Sequence record: PZ053912.1
From: a phage
Length of the DNA: 64,000 bases
Strand: one strand, 5' to 3'
Shown piece after piece: positions 27,068-36,249 of this stretch; positions within the stretch are counted from its first letter, which is position 1, and every line of letters starts with the position of its first letter. The notes under the pieces are model-generated. The model saw only the letters and a program-made list of their open reading frames with translations. It ran no database searches and was not told where the DNA came from. Made by a program: the position numbers and the translations under genes.

Positions 27068-27535
27068 TCACAACTTATTAATATTTACTTTAATTCGCTT
27101 TCTTTTCTTGGAAGGAATTTGTTCTGGACCTTTATTTACGACTGCACCTGAAGTAGTTCCTGATGCAATAGCTTGAGGACTACCGCCTGAATCGCCGGCA
27201 ACCATATCCTCAAATAAAGGGAGTTCTTTAAATATTTCTTTCTGCTGTTCTTCCGTAATGTTATAGCGTGAAGCTACAGCACTCCAGGCAGACATCATTG
27301 AGGCCATTCCATTAAGACCTGGAACAGTGCTCATCATTCGCTTCATTGAACGAACTGAAGCATGAAAAGGTGTATAAGCCGCTTTCTCTTCAGGAGTGGA
27401 AGGGCGTTTAAGAACACTTCCACGTTCATCGATGATTTTGGCTTCGTATGCTTTCCATTCGGTAAAAGGTTTTTGCATTAGTCGAATAAACTTATATGCG
27501 TAAACAGAATCTATTGCAGTGTTAATAATACCCAT
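27068..27535 (-). CDS. hypothetical protein (61.1 position)
   Basis: Trimmed to ATG 27535 with AGGAGG SD. Confidence 0.5.
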   Translation of the reverse strand: MGIINTAIDSVYAYKFIRLMQKPFTEWKAYEAKIIDERGSVLKRPSTPEEKAAYTPFHASVRSMKRMMSTVPGLNGMASMMSAWSAVASRYNITEEQQKEIFKELPLFEDMVAGDSGGSPQAIASGTTSGAVVNKGPEQIPSKKRKRIKVNINKL

Positions 27536-27554
27536 AGGTACCTCCTGAGTATAT

Positions 27555-27752
27555 TTAATCAATTACAAAGATTGCTTTGTCACCATTTATATCCGTGACT
27601 TCATATGTAGTGCCTTCATACTGTGGAATATTCCAAATTACACCATCATTAGCTTTTACGCTAATATGGCATTGGTGTTTTGAAACAACTTCATAATCTT
27701 CAAAACTTGTAAAAACACTAATTTTAGAACCCGTGCAAATTGCAATAGTCAT
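27555..27752 (-). CDS. hypothetical protein (65 aa)
   Basis: ORF track. Confidence 0.45.
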   Translation of the reverse strand: MTIAICTGSKISVFTSFEDYEVVSKHQCHISVKANDGVIWNIPQYEGTTYEVTDINGDKAIFVID

Positions 27753-27753
27753 T

Positions 27754-28413
27754 TTAACCTCGATTCATAAATGCATTAAATATTTGGTCATCAACAGAAA
27801 TTTCTAATTCGACTTCAATTGCTTCAGCCTTTTCTTCAGGTGGTAATTCGTATCCACACACTACAATTTTTTCATCGATATCAAAATATACAGAAGCAAT
27901 ATGATTAATGTTATTTTCGGTTAAGTCTAAATCAACATCAACATCTTTTTGACCTACACTTAAAGGATAACTAATACGGGTTATTTTATTATCTTTAACA
28001 AAGAGTCCGCCAACATACTCTGTACTACGTTTGAAGTTTACACGTTTCCGAAATGAAAGATATGATGCATCTTTACCGTGAGCTCGGCTCATAGGACATA
28101 ATGAATAGCTAGAATAAGAGATGTCAAATCCTACGCCTTCAATATGAGCCAACGTGTCATGAGTAAACCAATTATAATCATATGCCAAATCCATTATATT
28201 GTAATATGTGAAAGGCACAGGATTAACATCATATGTTGTACCTTTAAAATCTGCCCAGGCAACGATTTCATTATCTTTAACAATTACAAAAATTACACCA
28301 ATATGGTATCCGTTATTATTTTCATTCGGCGTTATATTATAACATTGTGCATTAGGAAATTTACCATATTTAAATGGCGCGTTTTTGTGCATATAATAAA
28401 TCATATTATTCAC
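27754..28413 (-). CDS. hypothetical protein (219 aa)
   Basis: ORF track. Confidence 0.5.
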   Translation of the reverse strand: MNNMIYYMHKNAPFKYGKFPNAQCYNITPNENNNGYHIGVIFVIVKDNEIVAWADFKGTTYDVNPVPFTYYNIMDLAYDYNWFTHDTLAHIEGVGFDISYSSYSLCPMSRAHGKDASYLSFRKRVNFKRSTEYVGGLFVKDNKITRISYPLSVGQKDVDVDLDLTENNINHIASVYFDIDEKIVVCGYELPPEEKAEAIEVELEISVDDQIFNAFMNRG

Positions 28414-28699
28414 CTGTGATTTCGGTTACGATATCTTTGTTATCGAAATTAGGGTCACAATACAAAACATAATTGTACTGCATGATACCGCCAGACTTAA
28501 GTTGTTCAACAACTTTATTAACCATATTAGGACGGTCTCGTTTAGTGATGTTCATGATATCAGAGAAGATTTGTTGTTCAACATCTTCTTGATTTGCAGT
28601 CATTGACCACTCACAGAGGTCTTTATCATAACCTGCTGTAACTGGAGCTGGTGCACATGATACTGCAAGTAAGATTGCTGCCAATGATAACTTTTTCAT
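28406..28699 (-). CDS. sp: Spackle (Sp) periplasmic superinfection-exclusion protein
   Basis: 97 aa with signal peptide; GYDKDLCEWSMTA..KRDRP..LKSGGIMQYNYVLYCD matches T4 Sp. Confidence 0.8.
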   Translation of the reverse strand: MKKLSLAAILLAVSCAPAPVTAGYDKDLCEWSMTANQEDVEQQIFSDIMNITKRDRPNMVNKVVEQLKSGGIMQYNYVLYCDPNFDNKDIVTEITGE

Positions 28700-28728
28700 T
28701 TTAACTCCTTAGTTGATTTGATAGGACT

Positions 28729-28758
28729 ACTATACTATAGTCCATCTATAATGTAAAC
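28729..28758 (-). promoter_or_regulatory. early promoter upstream of sp (GTTTACA-N17-TATAGT)
   Basis: Read from sequence. Confidence 0.45.
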
Positions 28759-28762
28759 AAGT

Positions 28763-29011
28763 TTATTCTTTTTCGCGAATAATAATTACTTGTTGAGGCT
28801 GCTGAGCAGATTTCTTTTCGGCAACGATAGACCAAATTAAAGTTCCAATCCAACCAACCATCGTCCAGTTAAAGAGTAAAGATACGAAGAAGATTGCTGT
28901 TGTGCTTTTTGTGCCACGAATAAGTGCGATTACCCAAGGCAACATGTAAATGATGATTGAACCAATACCTGCGATTAAAACTGCTACTGAACTAGCTACG
29001 AATAATTCCAT
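28763..29011 (-). CDS. imm: superinfection immunity (Imm-like) inner-membrane protein
   Basis: 82 aa, two TM segments; LPWVIALIRG..AIFFVSLLFNWTMVGWIGTLIWSIV resembles the Imm family core; adjacent to sp rather than between 42 and 43. Confidence 0.5.
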   Translation of the reverse strand: MELFVASSVAVLIAGIGSIIIYMLPWVIALIRGTKSTTAIFFVSLLFNWTMVGWIGTLIWSIVAEKKSAQQPQQVIIIREKE

Positions 29012-29072
29012 GTTAATTTCCTCTTGATTTGTTATGTTTATAGTATCTTGGTTTAACTTTAGTGTAAACCAA

Positions 29073-29441
29073 TTAATTAAATTTGTTTAAACGTTCAATA
29101 CACTGGATGTAGTTATTCGCGATTTGTTTCTGGGTAGGCTCTTTACCAGTTGTTTCAACATAGCGAATGAATGCGATTTCAGTAGCCTGTAAGCAATGTT
29201 CTTTAACGCGCTGTTCTTTTGACATAGCTACAGTATCAGAATCACGATAACGTTGAGCATGAGCATCAGCTTGAATCATTCGATTACCTACAGTAACCGG
29301 GTCTTCCACTTCAACTTTAGGTTGGTTGTACTGTTTAACATTAGGATTGTAAATCAGTTGGCCAACGTTATTAGGGATAAAGCCATGGGCACCACATCCG
29401 GTTAATCCAAATACCATTGCTAAAGCGATTAATTTTTTCAT
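29073..29441 (-). CDS. putative lipoprotein
   Basis: Signal peptide with lipobox LTGC. Confidence 0.55.
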   Translation of the reverse strand: MKKLIALAMVFGLTGCGAHGFIPNNVGQLIYNPNVKQYNQPKVEVEDPVTVGNRMIQADAHAQRYRDSDTVAMSKEQRVKEHCLQATEIAFIRYVETTGKEPTQKQIANNYIQCIERLNKFN

Positions 29442-29501
29442 TTCAATTTCCTCTGTAGTTGATAAAAAGATAGTAACACAGTATGTGGTGCTTGTAAACA
29501 G

Positions 29502-29759
29502 TTATTTTAAACTTTTGCGAAATTTGCGTTTTTCTTGACGAATCTGTCGTTTAGTCGGACGTACAGCAAATTTAACGAAGTCCACTTTGCCGTGTGGAAA
29601 CTTTTCAGATGCTTCACAGTCCATCATTAGTTCCCATCCTTCCAGAATAAGAGCTTTCCATTGTGTAGTTGATGCAAATTCGTATGTTGATGGTTTAAAC
29701 ACAGTTGAATACATATTATCCTCTGAAATCAGCTTCGAAAACTTTCTCGTCATTAACAA
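29502..29759 (-). CDS. hypothetical protein with basic C-terminal VRPTKRQIR motif
   Basis: ORF track 85 aa; paralogous tail at 57587..57784. Confidence 0.45.
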   Translation of the reverse strand: MLMTRKFSKLISEDNMYSTVFKPSTYEFASTTQWKALILEGWELMMDCEASEKFPHGKVDFVKFAVRPTKRQIRQEKRKFRKSLK

Positions 29760-29910
29760 ATGCTTTAACTAATGCTTTATTAATTTCAGCAAACTGCATG
29801 GTAGCCCACATGATATGCTCTTTGTCTGTTATATCCATGCGGATTTCTTTGGTAAACATACTACCGTTTTCAAACCAACCAATAAAAACTACTTTAGCAA
29901 ACTCTTCCAT
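29716..29910 (-). CDS. dmd: Dmd-like antitoxin (inhibitor of host RnlA/LsoA RNase toxins)
   Basis: 64 aa; VVFIGWFENGSMFTKEIRMDITDKEHIMWATMQFAEINKALVKAF; position between sp and 41 as T4 dmd; identification by recollection. Confidence 0.55.
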   Translation of the reverse strand: MEEFAKVVFIGWFENGSMFTKEIRMDITDKEHIMWATMQFAEINKALVKAFVNDEKVFEADFRG

Positions 29911-30228
29911 TTAGATTTCCTCACAGAACGCCCATTCAGCATGATAAACTGTAGCGCCTTTAGTATCATTCATTTGAACTACATCTACCGGAGAAATTAC
30001 TCGATAGAGACGTGGTTCACCTCCATAAGAGCGTGCTGCTCGTCCTGCATAAATCTTTGCTAAACCGATATCTTCAGTAAAGAATACACGATCCAAGTTT
30101 TTCTTACGTCCTGTTTCAGACAGAACTCCTGTTTCCTCAGGAGGACAAAGCATGTTTTCGATGTTAGCTGAACTACTTGAACCGTGATAAAAAATCTTAA
30201 ATTCTGCTTTACAATCGATGGTTTTCAT
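29911..30228 (-). CDS. hypothetical protein (105 aa)
   Basis: ORF track. Confidence 0.5.
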   Translation of the reverse strand: MKTIDCKAEFKIFYHGSSSSANIENMLCPPEETGVLSETGRKKNLDRVFFTEDIGLAKIYAGRAARSYGGEPRLYRVISPVDVVQMNDTKGATVYHAEWAFCEEI

Positions 30229-30254
30229 TTTGTTCTCCAGTAGTTGATAGGTCT

Positions 30255-30283
30255 ATAATAACACAACTACTGGAGAAGTAAAC
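30255..30283 (-). promoter_or_regulatory. early promoter (GTTTAC-N17-TATTAT) flanked by perfect 10-bp inverted repeat ccagtagttg / caactactgg
   Basis: Read from sequence; 27/28-nt match to 62808-62835. Confidence 0.5.
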
Positions 30284-30658
30284 TTAAAAACGTAATTTAG
30301 ATATATCTGCGTTGATTTCGTTTTGGTTTGCGTCGTATGCAATTAAACGAACCGCTTTAGATGGGTCATTCAATGCATAGAAATGATGGAACATTGCTCG
30401 AACGATATCACCATTTACGAGTTCTACCTGGATAGGAGAACCTTTTTCGAGTTGGAAATGTTCATAAGCTTTGATGGTTCGTAGATAATCAAGTTTTTGA
30501 TTTCCAGCTCCAACTATTTGTACGATACGTTTGCCCATGTTTTCCATACGAGATACAATAGTTTTAGGAGCAAGAATAACGTAGGTTGCCAGCGGAGAAA
30601 CTACTTCAACAGTTGTGTTTTCGGTGATTGCAGTAAAAATTGCTTGAGACATATTCAT
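30284..30658 (-). CDS. hypothetical protein (124 aa)
   Basis: ORF track. Confidence 0.5.
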   Translation of the reverse strand: MNMSQAIFTAITENTTVEVVSPLATYVILAPKTIVSRMENMGKRIVQIVGAGNQKLDYLRTIKAYEHFQLEKGSPIQVELVNGDIVRAMFHHFYALNDPSKAVRLIAYDANQNEINADISKLRF

Positions 30659-30687
30659 AATGTTTTCCTCTTGGTTGGTGTAAGTTC

Positions 30688-30717
30688 ATCATATCATGCC
30701 TAGAGGAAGATGTAAAC
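30688..30717 (-). promoter_or_regulatory. early promoter (GTTTACA-N17-TATGAT)
   Basis: Read from sequence. Confidence 0.4.
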
Positions 30718-30724
30718 CCCGAAA

Positions 30725-30745
30725 GGAGACCGAAGTCTCCTTTTT
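30725..30745 (-). terminator. CUUCGG hairpin (ggagaccgaagtctcc) downstream of gene 41
   Basis: Read from sequence. Confidence 0.5.
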
Positions 30746-30746
30746 A

Positions 30747-32189
30747 TTAAAATTTTAACTCATTAGCTAAGCTATCTAGGTCAGCACGTGTTGCTTTGGC
30801 TTTACCTACGCGTTCCGTACGATTCACCTCTGCCTTACGCATCTGAGCACCTGCGTTTTCATTTACTGTGTTAGGTGTGTTCATGCCTTCTTGCTCAATC
30901 TCAATCCATTTCTGGTTGCCTTTACGTACACCCATTAGGAATTTATTCCATTTATTCTTATCACCATATCGTGATTTGATTTGTTTGATAAGTTGTTGTT
31001 CAGCTTGTGCAAGTTCTTCGGTTTCAATTACGGCCAACATGAAATCTGCCGTTGCTGGTAAACCTGCTGATTCTGCAATATCGCTCATGTTCATATCCGA
31101 AGCATCCCATGCTGCACGTCCTACTTGAGCTGCAGTCCATAGAACTGTTTCAGATTCTACTGCTAATGCACGAAGTTCTTCTGCGATAGCTTTAACTAAT
31201 GTGTAGCTATTTTCAGTGTAAACTCTGATACGACAAGACCCACAAATGCCTAAGTAATCAACCATGATTACAGATGGCACAAAGTTCTTCTTAAGTTTTA
31301 ACTCATTAAGCAATGCACGAAATGTATTAGCATTAGCTCCACCAGTAGGATACTGTTTAACTACTAAACGTCCTAATGTTGTTTTTGAACGCCATTTTTC
31401 CATCTTGGCTTTATATTCAGCATAAGATACGTTACCATCATCGATATCATCAAGTGATACGTCAAGCATGTTTGCATCTATACGCTTAGCACAAACTTCT
31501 TCGGCCATTTCCATGGAAATATAAAGAACATTATGACCTGTTTGAAGATAATCTGCAGCAAGTGAACAAAGGCCTAAAGATTTACCGACGTTAACACCAG
31601 CCATTAAAACGTTTAGTGTACCTGTTTCTGCACCGCCTTTAGTTATTTTATTCAGAATGTTTAATTTGAACGGGACCTTACGTGCTTTGTTCAGATAAGA
31701 AAGCCAGCGTGCTTCATAGTCTTCCATCCAGTCATGTCCAACATAACTATCAAACGAAATTGAAAGTGCTTGACGCATAATATCAGGAATAGCTCCTACG
31801 TCAGGCATTTTCTTGTTACGTTGTTCTGGAGGTAGTTCAGCATTAGACTGAATCTCAATGATTTTGGATGTAGCATTATACATCGCTTTTTGCTGGACAT
31901 ATTTCTCAGTTTCTTTAACCAACCATTCGTGGTCTTCAGGAGTATCAGCCAATTTTTCAATTAGGTCTGAAGTTCCTTTATACTCTGCTTCAGTTAAAGA
32001 ACTGTTATCTAAAGCCACCTTTAATGCATTGATAGACGGCATTGCATTATATTCGTTAACGTGGCTCTTTATAATTTTAAAGACATTTTTTGCCGGTCCA
32101 CGCTCAAAATACTCAGAATCCATATAAGGCCAAACCTTAGAAAAATAAGCCTGGTCATATACTAGATGAGACAAAATAATTTCTACCAC
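30747..32189 (-). CDS. 41: replicative DNA helicase gp41 (DnaB-like)
   Basis: 480 aa (T4 475); Walker A GVNVGKS, RecA-like C-terminal domain. Confidence 0.9.
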   Translation of the reverse strand: MVEIILSHLVYDQAYFSKVWPYMDSEYFERGPAKNVFKIIKSHVNEYNAMPSINALKVALDNSSLTEAEYKGTSDLIEKLADTPEDHEWLVKETEKYVQQKAMYNATSKIIEIQSNAELPPEQRNKKMPDVGAIPDIMRQALSISFDSYVGHDWMEDYEARWLSYLNKARKVPFKLNILNKITKGGAETGTLNVLMAGVNVGKSLGLCSLAADYLQTGHNVLYISMEMAEEVCAKRIDANMLDVSLDDIDDGNVSYAEYKAKMEKWRSKTTLGRLVVKQYPTGGANANTFRALLNELKLKKNFVPSVIMVDYLGICGSCRIRVYTENSYTLVKAIAEELRALAVESETVLWTAAQVGRAAWDASDMNMSDIAESAGLPATADFMLAVIETEELAQAEQQLIKQIKSRYGDKNKWNKFLMGVRKGNQKWIEIEQEGMNTPNTVNENAGAQMRKAEVNRTERVGKAKATRADLDSLANELKF

Positions 32190-32198
32190 GATAACTCC

Positions 32199-32561
32199 TT
32201 AAAAGAATTTAAATTTTTTCTTGGTCCGTTCATTAAAAGCTTGTTGTACTTGCATTGTAACACATTTTTCAACATGTGGTGCAAGTTCTGCTTTTCTATC
32301 CTGGTCAAGAACTGCAAAGTCCATTACGATTTTACCATCAACCCAGTCTAGTTTTGTAATATAGACTATATGATGAGAACCGTCTTCAAGTGTAATCAGA
32401 ATCTCTTGAATGACATTTTCCATTGCTGAACGGATAATTTTAAGAGATTCATTAAACACTCGTTCTTTGCGAATGTCTTCCCCTTCCGAAGAAGGGGATT
32501 CATCAACGATTTCTAGATTTAAATCATCGAGATTATTCATCGAAATCTTCCATTTCGTCAA
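32199..32561 (-). CDS. 40: hypothetical protein at gene 40 position
   Basis: 120 aa; synteny between 41 and uvsX. Confidence 0.45.
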   Translation of the reverse strand: MTKWKISMNNLDDLNLEIVDESPSSEGEDIRKERVFNESLKIIRSAMENVIQEILITLEDGSHHIVYITKLDWVDGKIVMDFAVLDQDRKAELAPHVEKCVTMQVQQAFNERTKKKFKFF

Positions 32562-33705
32562 GGTCGTTTTCTATATCTGCTGCAGACGGAGCATCAGAAG
32601 TTTTAACCGGAACTTTAGTTGTTGCTTTGCAATTAATAAGGTCATTAACAGCGTCATCAACTTCTTTAATAGAAGAGATAGCACCTAGTTTATATTTAGT
32701 TTCAATTGCATCTCGGAAAGGTTTGTGTTTAAACAACGGTCCCCAGAATTCTACACAATCAGTAGCTTTAGCACGCCATGATTTCTCTTCACGAATCATT
32801 TCGCCTGTTTCTTCGTCAAGGAATTCTCGAGCATACCAACCAGCTTTAGGCTTAACCACAAAACCGATTTCAGTTGCCATTTCTAACAAGCCACTGAATG
32901 GGTCGATACCACCATCGAAATTAACCGTGATTGGGAAAGTAGATTTCTCTTTAACTGTACGAGATTTTTCTGCTTTCAACGTGAAGTCATAACCGGTCAA
33001 TTCTGTACCTTCTTTAACCTGACGTTTAGAGATAAAGAATACGGTGTTAGCAGAGTAAAGAATACCTGTGCCACCGCCCATAATCTCTTTAGGATACAAT
33101 CCGCCAATTTCCATTGCTGTATGGTTGATTGCAACACATGGAATATCTTTAATAGTCAGATAAGGAGTCACAATGCGGAACAGAGATTTAAGTGCCTTAG
33201 CACGAGACATATCACCTACGACTTTCTCGTTCAATGCATCTTCGGTTTCTTTCTTAGATGCAGTATTACCGATTGAATCGATAAAGATAATAACTTTATC
33301 ACCGCGTTCAATCGCGTCAAGCTGATTAGTCATATCAACTTTAAGTTGTTCGACAGATTGAATCGGAGTATGAACTACACGGTCTAAATCAACACCCATT
33401 GAACGAAAATAAGATTCTGAAGCACCAAATTCTGAATCATAGAACAAACAAATTGCATCTTTATATTTCTTCATATATGCTGCAACCATGGTCAGTCCAA
33501 ACAACGTTTTAAAGTGTTTAGAAGGAGCAGCAAAAATAGTTAAGCCTGATTGCAACCCGGCATTCAGTGCACCACCTAATGCAATATTCAACATCGGAAT
33601 ACGAGTAGGGACTTCATCGCGATTATTAAACAGCTTAGACTTAGTCAAGTCTGCAGTCATTTTAGAAGTAGAAGCTTTAATCAGACGAGATTTTAAATCA
33701 GACAT
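32533..33705 (-). CDS. uvsX: UvsX recombinase (RecA/Rad51 family)
   Basis: 390 aa; MSDLKSRLIKASTSK.., acidic C-terminus, matches T4 UvsX. Confidence 0.9.
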   Translation of the reverse strand: MSDLKSRLIKASTSKMTADLTKSKLFNNRDEVPTRIPMLNIALGGALNAGLQSGLTIFAAPSKHFKTLFGLTMVAAYMKKYKDAICLFYDSEFGASESYFRSMGVDLDRVVHTPIQSVEQLKVDMTNQLDAIERGDKVIIFIDSIGNTASKKETEDALNEKVVGDMSRAKALKSLFRIVTPYLTIKDIPCVAINHTAMEIGGLYPKEIMGGGTGILYSANTVFFISKRQVKEGTELTGYDFTLKAEKSRTVKEKSTFPITVNFDGGIDPFSGLLEMATEIGFVVKPKAGWYAREFLDEETGEMIREEKSWRAKATDCVEFWGPLFKHKPFRDAIETKYKLGAISSIKEVDDAVNDLINCKATTKVPVKTSDAPSAADIENDLDEMEDFDE

Positions 33706-33759
33706 TGTATTTTTCCATAGGCATCATTATATTTTACTCATGTTTAAAAGATAAGATGA

Positions 33760-33786
33760 TTATATACTAAGGGTTATACAGCATTT
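33760..33786 (-). promoter_or_regulatory. candidate MotA-dependent middle promoter upstream of uvsX (AAATGCTGTA box plus TATATAAT)
   Basis: MotA-box-like sequence 10-12 nt upstream of a -10 element; T4 uvsX has a known middle promoter. Confidence 0.35.
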
Positions 33787-33804
33787 AAAACTTTAAACAG
33801 GCTC

Positions 33805-34353
33805 TTAACGAGCCCATTTGATAATTTCTGTAATCAAATAATTACGTTCGCTTGCATTAAATCCTATAACTTTGTTAGCACCGTCATGATTAAGTAATTG
33901 ATACGTTTGGATTTTGTTATGAATTGCAAACTCTTCAAAATATGAAATGACTGTATTAAAACCGAATGAAGACAAAGTAATAAGATCGTCTTCAAAACTT
34001 TCAGTCATTTCGTTACGTGTTAAAATAATTGTGAACACATCATGGTTTTGGCAAAGACGAACATAATCCTGTTCATAAACGTCAAGAACCGAGTCCGCAT
34101 CTTGTCGAATACGTCCATAAACCCAGTTACTAATATATCCACGGTCTAACAGATAAATCTTAGTAGGGTCTAAATAATTCAACATCGTTTCGAAACAGCC
34201 AACTTCATTTCGAGACTTAACATCGAAACGTCCATCAACTGTTCGTTTAGGGAAATCAATCTTTACATATCTTTCACTAATTTCCATTATGTCATTAATG
34301 AAAGTTGTTTTACCAGCATTATCCGGGCCATCTACTAAAATAATTTTAGCCAT
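33805..34353 (-). CDS. P-loop nucleotide kinase, thymidylate-kinase-like
   Basis: 182 aa; Walker A GPDNAGKTT and LLDRGYISNWVYG (DRY-type NMP-binding motif); sits where T4 has b-gt. Confidence 0.5.
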   Translation of the reverse strand: MAKIILVDGPDNAGKTTFINDIMEISERYVKIDFPKRTVDGRFDVKSRNEVGCFETMLNYLDPTKIYLLDRGYISNWVYGRIRQDADSVLDVYEQDYVRLCQNHDVFTIILTRNEMTESFEDDLITLSSFGFNTVISYFEEFAIHNKIQTYQLLNHDGANKVIGFNASERNYLITEIIKWAR

Positions 34354-34354
34354 T

Positions 34355-35254
34355 TTATTCCTCGATTACGACATCTTCATATTTAGGTATATTATACGGC
34401 GAAGAAATTAAAGCGTTAAAGTAGATGAACTCGCCAAGACCTGGATGGAATACTTCTTCAGGATTTTCGAAATATTGAATCTTCGGCCGTCCTTTAAGAA
34501 TTTGATAGTACTCAGTTTTAGTTGGTTTAAAAATTCGAATCAGCGCTTCTTCAGGATACTTATTTCTGTCGAAGCTATTATTTGGATCGGTTATATAAAG
34601 CGGTTGGCCTAATTGAATTGCACATTCAACCACTTGTTCAAAACGATAGCACGGGTCACTAATTCGAAATGGATGAAAAATACCATCTAGATGAATAGGA
34701 GCCAAATCACCTACAAGACGCTGCATGATGGAAGGACGTATAACTTTCTGGGTTACGATAATCTTATTACCATCTGCACCTGCGTTAACCAGCACTTCTT
34801 TTTGACGTTCATTCAACACAGTAGTTTGAAGTGAACGATTAACCGACAACATATCAGTTTTTAAGAATTCGTCAATATAAAAACGTGGTTTATTAGGGTC
34901 TGCAGTGATATTGAAATTGAATTCCACATCAAAAGCGCCGTCATATCCGGTGATATCTGTGATTAGAAAATCACAATCATAATAAGCAATTAATGAATCA
35001 ACCACAAATTCATTTTCAGACCAGAAATATTTACGAGTGTTATACGCGTTATCTTTATACCATAATGGAACAAACTTAAATTCTGGAAAAAGACGTTCGC
35101 ATTCTTTAATATCAGATGCATTACGTGGATATGTAATCACATCACCCGGATTAGCACGGTGCAAATGAAGTTGGAAGTTGCCATCCTTAAGGATAGCATA
35201 CTGTCCAGTTTCATAAGACCGCATACTCAAGATAGGTACGCGGAAATTAGCCAT
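34355..35254 (-). CDS. hypothetical protein (299 aa) at T4 b-gt locus
   Basis: ORF track; no recognisable motif by eye. Confidence 0.5.
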   Translation of the reverse strand: MANFRVPILSMRSYETGQYAILKDGNFQLHLHRANPGDVITYPRNASDIKECERLFPEFKFVPLWYKDNAYNTRKYFWSENEFVVDSLIAYYDCDFLITDITGYDGAFDVEFNFNITADPNKPRFYIDEFLKTDMLSVNRSLQTTVLNERQKEVLVNAGADGNKIIVTQKVIRPSIMQRLVGDLAPIHLDGIFHPFRISDPCYRFEQVVECAIQLGQPLYITDPNNSFDRNKYPEEALIRIFKPTKTEYYQILKGRPKIQYFENPEEVFHPGLGEFIYFNALISSPYNIPKYEDVVIEE

Positions 35255-35970
35255 TAGTCAAGGAATCCTTTAACATAATCAAAATCACGTTCAAACACAT
35301 GGGCACTTACCATGGTATGAGTATAATCACCAACTTCTACACCACATTCGTTAGCGATATAATGAAGTAATTTTCCTTGGAGATAAAAATCCAACTGCAT
35401 AACAACAGCACAGTTCTGAGAACGCATATGACAGTGGGTATAAAGCTTACCATCACGAATATAATAAGTCACTGAGTCAGTACATGGATATTCAAGTGTT
35501 TCGTCCGAATCAAGCAAAGCCTGATCTGAACTTTCAAGAATTTGAAACACAACTCTTCGAGAGTTAGGTTTCTCTTTAAGTTCTTTGAGAAGAGCTGGTA
35601 ATTGGGCCGCAATGCGAGGACCATAGAAAGTGTTGAAGTTCGCCGGCAAAACATCTGATTTTGGTTTAGAAATAAATTTAGCGACATTAGGATATGCCTT
35701 AAACGCTTCTTCTGCGTTGGTACCACCAGAAATCATAAACTTCCAGAAGTCTTCGGCATATTCATAAGAGATGCGGTTAATACGTGGGTCGGTCATTTTG
35801 AATGATGATGGAGTGTCAACAACTACTGTCATAGACCCAATTTCATTACAACGTCCAATACGAGAATCAGTTACGAATTCCGGGTTTTCTAAAATTTCAC
35901 GATTGACTGCTTTAAATGCGGTTTGAAAATCTGCGGCTTTGATATATTTCATTGTGTTATGTTTTCCCAT
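35254..35970 (-). CDS. 42: dCMP hydroxymethylase gp42 (thymidylate synthase fold)
   Basis: 238 aa; GAGGT SD; CTDSVTYYIRDGKLYTHCHMRSQNCAVV resembles T4 gp42 catalytic region. Confidence 0.75.
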   Translation of the reverse strand: MGKHNTMKYIKAADFQTAFKAVNREILENPEFVTDSRIGRCNEIGSMTVVVDTPSSFKMTDPRINRISYEYAEDFWKFMISGGTNAEEAFKAYPNVAKFISKPKSDVLPANFNTFYGPRIAAQLPALLKELKEKPNSRRVVFQILESSDQALLDSDETLEYPCTDSVTYYIRDGKLYTHCHMRSQNCAVVMQLDFYLQGKLLHYIANECGVEVGDYTHTMVSAHVFERDFDYVKGFLD

Positions 35971-36153
35971 GTTTACCTCAATACAATTTATTATATACTC
36001 AATTCGTAAAGCTTATTTGAATTTCTTGACAATGTTGATATAACGTAAAGCTTCAGCATCGATACTTCCAAGAACACTATGAAGAAATGCATCAGCGTAG
36101 TATTCCAATTGAACAGGTTTCTTTAATCACTTTAGCCGCTTTAGTTTCAAACA

Positions 36154-36177
36154 GGCCCTTATGGGCCTGTTTAAGAA
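36154..36177 (-). terminator. perfect 10-bp stem hairpin (aaacaggccc / gggcctgttt) downstream of the sugar cassette
   Basis: Read from sequence; weak U-tract. Confidence 0.4.
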
Positions 36178-36249
36178 TTTGTTCGTTGCTGTTAATTTTC
36201 ATAGTCAAAATCTCTTCATTAAGTTGGTGGTTAAAAGTTTTTCTAGAAA

